Shown here: piece after piece, positions 21,557 to 32,000 of the stretch | How positions within the stretch are numbered: the first letter of the stretch is position 1 | Layout of the letters: the number at the start of each line of letters is the position of its first letter | Source: Zygophlyctis sp. KS116 | Lineage: Eukaryota > Fungi > Chytridiomycota | NCBI GenBank assembly: GCA_054661495.1 | Contig: BAAFSQ010000096.1 | Coordinates: 1 to 32,000 of the forward strand | Direction: 5' to 3' | DNA length: 32,000 bases | Translations under genes and position numbers: made by a program | The notes under the pieces: model-generated | Seen by the model: the letters and a program-made list of their open reading frames with translations, nothing else | Told to the model about the DNA's origin: nothing | Databases searched by the model: none

Positions 21557-22532
21557 ATGACTTCAAAAACTTCTACTAGAAAACGAACAAGAACTGAATC
21601 CGAAACTGAACCTTCGTCTGAAAGAGATTTGCCAACCAGTGCATCTTCTTTTTTACTCAAACATACTCTAGCACTTGGAATCAAATTCACACCTGCCAAT
21701 GATCTCTATGATGTTATTCCCAACGTTCCAATTGACGGTAAAATTATTATTATTTCTTAATAGTTAGAGTCTTCGGTGCCTTTCCTCTTGCCTCAGTTGA
21801 GTTTTGATACATTGACTGCTACAAGGAGAAATCTTCGGAACAACTCAAGTCTTTCCGGAACCGATAAGAATTTTATCAAGAAATTAAGTGATGTTGCTAC
21901 AAATAGCACTGAGAATATTGGCACTGAAGAAAGTAAAACAGACTCACTTGTTGATGACATGTTACGATCAGTGGGATTGAACAACTGGCCATTATCGATA
22001 GAGTATTTTCATCATTCATAATAACAATAGAAATCATCCGAGACTAACTGTTGACATCGGGGAACAACGGATTTCAGCTATTCCCGAATTCGTCGTGCGC
22101 CAGTGTGATAGCGTTACAGAGTGTGTATGCATTGTTGTTGAGGTATTGTCACCAAGTATATCCTCTAATCTTTAGGATAAGCGTATAAAAAACGTATCCC
22201 GTCCTAGTGGGTTTGGAGAATCACAGATTTCAATGGAAATTCTTTCCGCAGCTTATGGAAATTTTAATGGCGTTAATGGTATCAAAGAAGACCAAACAAT
22301 CTACGCCATTAGAGTTATTTCAAATTATGTCACATTTTATCGCGCAACTGTTACAGTGGATTATTTGAATGAATTAGACCTTGGTATCCCCAAAAAATCT
22401 ACTTTGGAAATAAGACGCTTTCCCGGAATAAATGAAAAAGATTCTGGTCTTGACCTCGTCGATGTGGGACAAAGAAAGGCTGCTCTTCGCGGTATGACAA
22501 TCCTTGGACTTGCACTTTCTCAATTACTATAA
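21557..22532 (+). CDS. PD-(D/E)xK restriction-endonuclease-fold protein (CRN-associated REase type)
   Basis: Introns 21738-21767, 22003-22030, 22143-22175 give IPEF..IVVEDK..GESQI..EILSAA..N..IYAIRVI..VTFY; N-terminal RKRTR NLS-like motif. Confidence 0.7.
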
Positions 22533-23090
22533 TAAGGATTGTAGAATACACATATTTCTTTATGAATCCGTCACTTTTCATTTTAGATTTTATCATGATT
22601 CAATGATAACCTTGTTGTCAGTTGTCTGAATCAGTTGCATTTGCTCCCTTTATTGTATGTGTTTTGGTTGTTGTGACATCCTGCTCTTCAATGAATTCAT
22701 TCTTTAAATGAACAAGGCTACAAAGTGGCCACCTCTTAATCAATAACCCTGAAGATGATAGCTTTGAGCTAAAAACTTTTGTCCGGGAGTCATCTTCCGT
22801 GTAAGCGCTATCTTTGTATGCTGGCTGGAAATTTGAATTTGATTACAGTGATGTTTTGTTCACCAATGGAAAAGAGCAGATTGATTATGTCTACAAACTC
22901 GTGCTCTGTAAGTGATCCATTGCCCCAACAAACGTTGAAACATTATAATATCCAAGGTATTCGTCGGCATTGGTATGCATTGTCCAATATGATTAAAATC
23001 TTTCATTCAGAAATATGGCCGTGGGACGGCTGTATTTAGAACAAGATTTCTATTTTTAGTCAGTGGCGTTCAAGTAAATTTTAAAAGAAT

Positions 23091-24183
23091 ATGAATACTG
23101 ATTTGACGTTGGAGAGGCTACCGGCAACCGCCAGAAGACCAACAAATGGTTTAAGTGTTAATAACAATTCCATTCTTTCTAGACTTATTCCAAAGGACAA
23201 ATGGTACAAATTTACTATTTTCTGGTCTCTAACTCAGCTCTTATTCATTGGGATCCTGGAAGGGGTGGTGATGAAAATCCATTATGATTACATATACAAT
23301 GATCTTAGTAACTATTCACAATCTCCATCGGAGGGAGAAGTTTTATTGCGAACTGTACCCAATGCAAAAGCATTGATTGTGTATCAAGCACTGTTTATTT
23401 GTGCTCAGGCTTTTCAGTTTTTCTTATGTATTGATGCTATATACTCTCTTTCAATGATCCAACTAGTAGCTACTGCAATTTTTAATTGGGCTTTATTTGC
23501 TTATTCAATTATGCAGTATCAGCAAGCAGCAAATGTGATTACTGAAAATATAGCAGAGATCAATCCAAAAATTCATCCAACAAAACAAATGGAGATAATT
23601 GTGATTGTTCTCATGTCAGTTTTTTCCACTGTTTGGGCTTACCTGGCTTATAAATTGTATAATTTATTTGGATGGAAGTTGTACAAGGAAATGGGGGCAG
23701 ATATGTCTCTAATGAAGAGTCTAAGGCTTTATCATATTTACACAATGCTTCTAAAATTGGATGTATTCTTCTTTTTCGGTTTCGATATTCAATTTTTGGT
23801 CTTGGTTTTAATACAACGGCCAGGTGGAGGTGTTGGAATGGCTCTGACTATAGTTCATGCAGCTCTAGTAGTTCCGCTTACTCCTGCTCTGTTGGCAGTA
23901 GCATATTTTGCAGTCAGGAAAGAGAGAAGAAGTTTCACAATTGTCACTCTGCTTGGATTTTTTGGAGGAATTATATTTCTGATTTACATGATGGTTGATG
24001 CGAGAAGTAATACGGAAAAATATCTAAATTCAAAGAATTCCATTACTTTTTTCAGTAATTTTAAATTTTTATTCTAACTTTTTAGTAAGTCTTACACTCA
24101 TCATGTGTACAATGACCATCATTTCACTCATTATGAATTATCGTAGATTTGGTAAAGGATTGAAGCAGAAACTTCACCATTAA
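23091..24183 (+). CDS. UPF0658-like fungal multi-pass membrane protein
   Basis: KLYNLFGWKLYKEMGAD..LLKLDVFFFFGFDIQFL and final-exon FGKGLK; intron 24055-24085. Confidence 0.8.
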
Positions 24184-24310
24184 TGATGTACCATAGCTTA
24201 GTAGTGTACGATTTTTCACTAATAAAAGTTTGATTAAGCAGCTCAATTCTCAATTATTAAAAATTTGAGATAAATATAAAATCATATTCATACAAAACTA
24301 TGTCATGTTT

Positions 24311-25472
24311 TTAGTCCCAAGCATCATCACTGGGCGCCATATGTACTAATTGAACTGTCGCATCGTCATATCTTAAAAGTCGACCATAAAACAAATCCTG
24401 GCTTGTTGTAGTATTTTCCCTCTGTACCAGAGTTTGAGCAACATATTCAAGCCTATCAATTAATTCCAAATCCTTGCAATCAGAATTAAAAGTTGATGGT
24501 GTAGGCGGAGCAGATTTTTCTAGAGCATCTTGGGAATCAATGATTGAAAAAACATGATCCTTAACCATCAGATTTTGTGCATCATAATTGTTTATCTTCA
24601 AATGATCCCAAACTCCATCCGAACCAATAATTAAAGTATACTCTTTTGATTCATCCAATTGCAGAATAGAAATATCAGGGACACCAGAGAGCACAGGAGG
24701 ATCCAGTTTAAAATGTATATCACCCATTGAACCCGTTAAATTAAGTGTTCTTCTATGAGAAAGACCTATAGAAATTGAACCTAGAGAAGGAGGCCGATAT
24801 AACCTTGCTCCCAATAAATAAGAATAGTCCAAATCATCTTTAGAAATTTTGAATACTATTCCTTTATGACTTATAAAATTCCCTCCATTATCAGTAATTT
24901 CATGAATTTTTTGAGAATTTGTAGTATTATGATCAATTGAAGAGAATTCTATTTCCCAAAGCTTTCCAGTTTTCATTGCCAAAATTGTTCTAGAATCTCC
25001 TACATTTGCATTTATAAGAAAACCATTCATCAAAATATTTAGAACAAATGTACATCCTATAATTTAATCTTTTTAAATTACCATCATCATCTGGTTTCTT
25101 TTCATTTGAATCATTAGGAGCCCAATCACTAAACTGATTAAATTTGAGAATTGTGTAATGATTATCAGTTTCAATGAATATGTTTTTCAAGTTCTCCTGA
25201 AACAATGTCCGATCTTTTGAATTTTCCAAATCCCAGTCTTTCCATTGCAACAGATGCATGACTCTATCCCTAATGTTTTCTACAAAGAAAATTGCAGCTC
25301 CGGGGCCTCCATGTCCATCTGCCAGTATAAAGACCCTAGCTCCACCGGAACTGGAGCCAGACCAGACCACGTCTTCAATACTTTTATGAAGAGACATCTT
25401 TGATCCATTATGGTACTTGTAACCCTCTTCATTGGCATCTGTTTCAGTGAGTGAATGGAGTGGATTTTGCAT
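24311..25472 (-). CDS. PP2C-family protein phosphatase
   Basis: ED, ADGHGG, DGCT, ANVGDSR, DH, GD, GSDGVWD, DDAT motifs; intron 25057-25081. Confidence 0.92.
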
Positions 25473-25542
25473 TAAATTTGTAAATCTAAAATTAGAATTT
25501 TGAGTTTTGCGGCGTCAATTTTAAGCTTTTTTTAGAAAAACC

Positions 25543-26203
25543 ATGTCTGAAGTTCGAAGGAAATTGGTCATTGTTGGTGATGGTGCATGTGGTAAAACTT
25601 GTTTATTAATCGTTTTTTCTAAAGGAACATTCCCAAAGGTAATTTCATGTCTAACGCTAAGGATTATGTCCCAACAGTCTTTGAGAATTATGTTGCAGAT
25701 GTAACGGTTGATGGAAAACAAGTTGAATTAGCTCTATGGGATACCGCCGGACAAGAAGACTATGATAGGCTAAGACCATTAAGTTATCCTGATAGTCATG
25801 TTGTTTTAATTTGTTATGCAATTGATTCTCCCGACTCACTGGAAAATGTTCAAGAAAAAGTAATTTATTTGTATAATTTTAAAGTGGATATCAGAAGTCT
25901 TACATTTCTGTGCTGGATTACCAATAATTCTTGTAGGATGTAAATCAGATTTAAGAAATGACCCAAAAACTATTGAAGAATTAAAAAAGGCGTCACAAAC
26001 ACCAGTTACAACTGAACAGGTATATCTTGTATTCTTAATTTTTTAAGGGACAGGCAGTAGCACAAAAAATAGGAGCTTTTAAATTCTTGGAATGTTCAGC
26101 CAGGACTAATCAAGGTGTAAAGGAAGTATTTGAAGTTGCTACACGCGCTGCATTAACTGTTCGTAAATCTGTCAAAAACAAGGCTAAATGTTTAATTGTT
26201 TAG
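25543..26203 (+). CDS. RHO1: Rho1 GTPase
   Basis: [52 protein letters not shown]; introns 25639-25661, 25860-25884, 26020-26047. Confidence 0.97.
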
Positions 26204-26562
26204 AAATCTTGAATAAATTCTTTAAAGTATATTCCAGTATTAATACAAATGAGACCTAGATGTAGCAGCGGTAGAATTCTTTTAGAGATAATAGCTCTTT
26301 TACCAAAACCTGATAAATGTATTAGTCCCCATGCAGATGCAATTGAACATCCAGCAATGGGATCATTATTATTTAAGAAACCTATCCCAGTATATACTAA
26401 ACTAAATCCAAATAATGCAGCTGGAGGAGGAAGACCTCTAGATTTAAAAGACACTGGAAAAAGTAATGCACAAGTAATAGCAGACATCCATAGAGGATAT
26501 GGTGTAGATCCCGGATCTCTTTTTAGATCGGACAGCGGAGGAAGAGGTTTGAATATATCCAT
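26200..26562 (-). CDS. Aim19-like small mitochondrial membrane protein
   Basis: 120 aa hydrophobic; PYP.W..., ND...G...SAW pattern reminiscent of Aim19. Confidence 0.55.
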   Translation of the reverse strand: MDIFKPLPPLSDLKRDPGSTPYPLWMSAITCALLFPVSFKSRGLPPPAALFGFSLVYTGIGFLNNNDPIAGCSIASAWGLIHLSGFGKRAIISKRILPLLHLGLICINTGIYFKEFIQDF

Positions 26563-26631
26563 TGATCCAAGTCTTTATTCAATGACCTCCACACTGATTT
26601 GGACCAAGAAAAACTGATTAATAGATTGACA

Positions 26632-26853
26632 ATGTTTAAGCATCAAGTCTTGTCTCTTTACAGATCATTATTAAAGAATGCAAACAATTTATCTTATTCT
26701 GATTCAGCATACATAAAACAAAGGATCAGACAAGAATTTCAGCTTAATTCTACATTGTCTGATAAGGAATTAATTCAACGATGCATTCAGGTAATACTTT
26801 TTATTAATTATTAGAGAGGAAAGATTTTTGTCAAGAATTCTGGATTGTTGTAA
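26632..26853 (+). CDS. LYR-motif protein, AltMIEF1/L0R8F8-like
   Basis: VLSLYRSLLK..LSYSDSAYIKQRIRQEFQLN..RGKIF; 24-nt intron 26791-26814. Confidence 0.8.
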
Positions 26854-26854
26854 A

Positions 26855-28348
26855 ATGAAAAAAAGTTCAAAAAAGCCATTTTACCTTTCTACTCTTGTTT
26901 TGGCTCTTGTTTTTATAGTTTTAAACAAGAATTTTAATGTTAAACATGGTAACTAGTATCTTTAATAAGAAGTCGACTCTTGTCCATTTGATCTTCCATT
27001 GACGGGAAACTTGTTTAATGAGAATAGAATTTCACTTTCTAAACAATTCGGACATGACAAAATTGAATTTATAATGGCAGCATCTCAACGTCCTATTAGA
27101 GTAGATTCTGATACAGATTATCCAGGATACAGACAAGCGTCAAATATAATTTATTTGATGGGACATATCAATATTTCACCGGCTCTAGTGTATGTAATTT
27201 GGAATGGAACTGCTCTTTCTCTAAATTTGTTTGTTCCTGTAATGAGTCAAAGAGAACGGATTTTTGGTGGCGATTTGTTAAACAAGGAGCAATTAAAAAT
27301 CCTTTATAATCTAGATTCTGTACAAGATATGTATCAAATATTGGATTGGGTTGGAAATAATGTTACTATTAATACGATTTCACCAATAGAGGATGTAAAT
27401 GCAGCTCTTGGTAAGGAATTAAAAATGAAATTGGAAAAGAAATCTATAGTTTTGCAGTTAAATTATGATTTAATTGAATCTTTTCATAGATCTCGTTTTT
27501 ACAAGTCATTAAAGGAAATTGAAATGATTAAATTTGCTACAAAAGTTGCTAAATGGGCTCATAAAATAGTGAAAAAATTGGTTTATTCTGTAGATGAAAT
27601 TTCTGAAATGGATATTTTAAGTAATTTTAACTATCATACTTCTTTATGTGGTGGTCGTCTTTCAGCTTATAATCCTATAGTTGGATTTGGGATTGATTCT
27701 GCAACATTACATTTTAGAACTGGTGAAAATGAAACTCGTGGATATCAAAAAATTCCCTCTAGTATCCCAAAATTTATATTAATTGATGCTGCTCCTGAAT
27801 ATAAAGGATATACTTCTGATATAACTAGAACTATTTACCCTAAAAATTCTAAAAAGCATCAAGTAATCTATAATATTGTACAAAATTCTCAAAATGCAGC
27901 AATTTCTAAATTTAGTCTTGGATCGACCTGGAAGGATGTAGAAAAAGGAGCTTATCAATCTTTAACTAAATCATTACAAGATTATAATTTCTTTTATCAG
28001 AATACTAGTCTTGAAGATCTTTTATATGAAAAAGCCCATTATGCATTTATGCCTCATGGTCTCGGACATCCTGTTGGATTAGATGTTCATGATCCTGTTC
28101 CTAAATCACCAAATTCAACTTATGTCTTGGAAAATGGAATTGTTCATACAATTGAAGTAAGTTTAATTAAAATTATGCATTAGCCTGGAATTTATTTTAT
28201 TTCATTCTTTATGGAGAATTTAAAATCAAATCAGTCTTCCATTGGAAGATTTATAAATTGGACAACAGTTGATGAGTTTATGGACATTGGTGGAGTTAGG
28301 ATTGAAGATATATTGGCTATTGTAAACAACGAAACAATAGTTTTTTAA
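26855..28348 (+). CDS. Xaa-Pro aminopeptidase/prolidase (M24B) with N-terminal signal anchor
   Basis: SATLH, LIDAAPEYKGYTSDITRT, HGLGHPVGLDVHD, TIEPGIYF, GGVRIED; introns 26949-26972 and 28157-28183; N-terminus MKKSSKKPFYLSTLVLALVFIVL. Confidence 0.9.
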
Positions 28349-28406
28349 TAAAAAGGTCCCAGTTCCTTTAAATAGCAGTCACGAGCCGGCGCCACCAAAA
28401 TTTAAA

Positions 28407-30518
<2,112 letters not shown>

Positions 30519-30762
30519 ATAGTATATCTCATAAAATTTGAATAGTCGAATAGGCACTGCAATATATTATCACTTTGAGTCTGAATCTTTTGGAGCATCA
30601 TTTACAATATTAATCGAATCACATCCTTTGATTAACTTTGAGCACCTCTGCCCGATCATTGCAAATAGTAGTTCTGGAGTGATTACCCATCTTAAAGACT
30701 CCAACTGTCCGAACGCGAAACGCACACGACTTCGCGAACTCGACGCGCTTTCAAAACTGATA

Positions 30763-32000
30763 ATGGGTCAAATCTGTAGCATTTATCCAGACTGCTGTGG
30801 TGGGAATAATTTCTACCAGGATCAGTATGTAAATCAGACTTACGCTTGTACTCATCATTATTGTTATCCCAATGCGACTCAACCATTAAATCATAATTGT
30901 TCTACGACCTTAACTGGAATATTATTCGATGCTCCTATTAACCGAGGATCGAGTGAGACAGAATTCTTATTGATGTATGAAGAACACATGAGACTTATAG
31001 CTGAACCAGTAAATGTAACAATTTGTCAAACCGATGAGCTTCTTCTTAATGTATCAATTCCTTCTGGAGATGTGAATACGTATTATAGAAATCTAATAAC
31101 AGCTCAAATTAGCCATAATACAACTTCGGATCGTAGCTGTTATTTACCTAGTGAATATAGTTTCAGCATAAAGTTTTATGGAAAAACATCTGACGATTCA
31201 GATCTTAGTAGCAATATTTCTTCAATTCATATCCCCCCATACACACTTTTGCCCAATCAAATATATCTTGTGGATGTTTCGGCAAGAAGTGAATATGCAA
31301 ATTTTACGGCATCATATAATTTTACTACTGCACTTGATAAAATTCAAGTGACGGCCGGTACTGATCGTACATTTGGAGCTTTACAGCCTCTGATTATGCA
31401 ACCCCAAATTATTGACTTATCCTACCGTCCTAAAACTTTTTTTAACTTCACATGCAATTGGAATTGCACTACATCAACTTTGGGTGCTTGCATAAATTTA
31501 AAAACTTCAAATCCACTCCAGCTAAATTCTTGCAATTTGAATCTGACTCGAAGCCTAGAAACTGGAATTTACGATTTTAGTATTACCGTGATTAATCAAG
31601 ATACTGGTGCTATTGGTGTATCCAAAAATGTATCGATTATCATTCAGAATGATTCGTTGCCCCTTTTCACTGTGATACCATCAAAATTGCTGACTTCAAC
31701 AGGAGATCGATCTTTTCAAATTGCTGCGAATGTTGATATCGCATCTGTTTTATCGCCAAAAAATATTCAGTATAACTGGCGCTCTGTTTCTAATTGCTCG
31801 TCTGGTGACGTTGCAGAATTAATTGATTTTTCTGAGGGAGAAAACTTTGCGGTTTTCCCAATATATAATGTTGTTAAATTTTCGAGAAATGCATTAAGAG
31901 CTGGAACCAATTACTGCATACAGGTACGGATTATTGATGGATACATTCAAACGAATTATAGTGAAGTTCAATTTAAAGTTCTAAATCGACCTTCTAATGG
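30763..32000 (+). CDS. REJ-domain (polycystin-1/PKDREJ-like) protein, 3'-partial (not in ORF track)
   Basis: Frame open from 30535 to window end, first ATG 30763; IPPYTLLPNQIY, FTCNWNC, IQYNW, NALRAGTNY, VLNRPSNG and many N-x-S/T sequons. Confidence 0.72.
   Translation, partial: MGQICSIYPDCCGGNNFYQDQYVNQTYACTHHYCYPNATQPLNHNCSTTLTGILFDAPINRGSSETEFLLMYEEHMRLIAEPVNVTICQTDELLLNVSIPSGDVNTYYRNLITAQISHNTTSDRSCYLPSEYSFSIKFYGKTSDDSDLSSNISSIHIPPYTLLPNQIYLVDVSARSEYANFTASYNFTTALDKIQVTAGTDRTFGALQPLIMQPQIIDLSYRPKTFFNFTCNWNCTTSTLGACINLKTSNPLQLNSCNLNLTRSLETGIYDFSITVINQDTGAIGVSKNVSIIIQNDSLPLFTVIPSKLLTSTGDRSFQIAANVDIASVLSPKNIQYNWRSVSNCSSGDVAELIDFSEGENFAVFPIYNVVKFSRNALRAGTNYCIQVRIIDGYIQTNYSEVQFKVLNRPSN

Noticed and set aside
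19297-22938. Canonical transposon
   Set aside because: No transposase, RT, TIRs or short TSD recognised; flanking repeats are host gene sequence.
22779-23039. 86-aa ORF ending like the SGNH hydrolase
   Set aside because: Chimeric by-product of the direct repeat, with a non-ATG start and no catalytic blocks.
25543-26203. RHO1 deviations (FPKDYVPT, CAAX CLIV)
   Set aside because: Minor substitutions; all G-boxes and the effector core are intact.
26249-26617. 122-aa + strand ORF
   Set aside because: Antisense to the Aim19-like gene; no motif.

Overview
Eukaryotic, AT-rich, extremely gene-dense nuclear DNA (about 27 protein genes in 32 kb, standard genetic code). It is most consistent with a flagellated early-diverging fungus (chytrid): an outer-dynein-arm docking subunit and POC5 occur together with fungal-type RHO1, SHR3-, AIM19- and UPF0658-like genes and Crinkler-type genes. 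The ORF track is fragmented because genes carry tiny GT-AG introns; I reconstructed about 51 by hand, 23-33 nt, mostly 25-28 nt. Splicing reveals several unusual architectures: a PAS-domain eIF2-alpha kinase (28407-30518), an amidohydrolase-relic fused to the riboflavin enzyme DHBP synthase (7735-9142), a protein with two IF1 ATPase-inhibitor motifs (6340-6796), an intron-containing type III glutamine synthetase, a protein with four Ly6/three-finger-like Cys repeats, a REJ-domain protein, and a LYR gene ending 1 nt before a signal-anchored prolidase. A rearranged 3.6-kb island at about 19.3-22.9 kb carries a Crinkler-like gene and PD-(D/E)xK nuclease copies, bounded by direct repeats. All family calls are from motif recognition by eye; no database searches were run.
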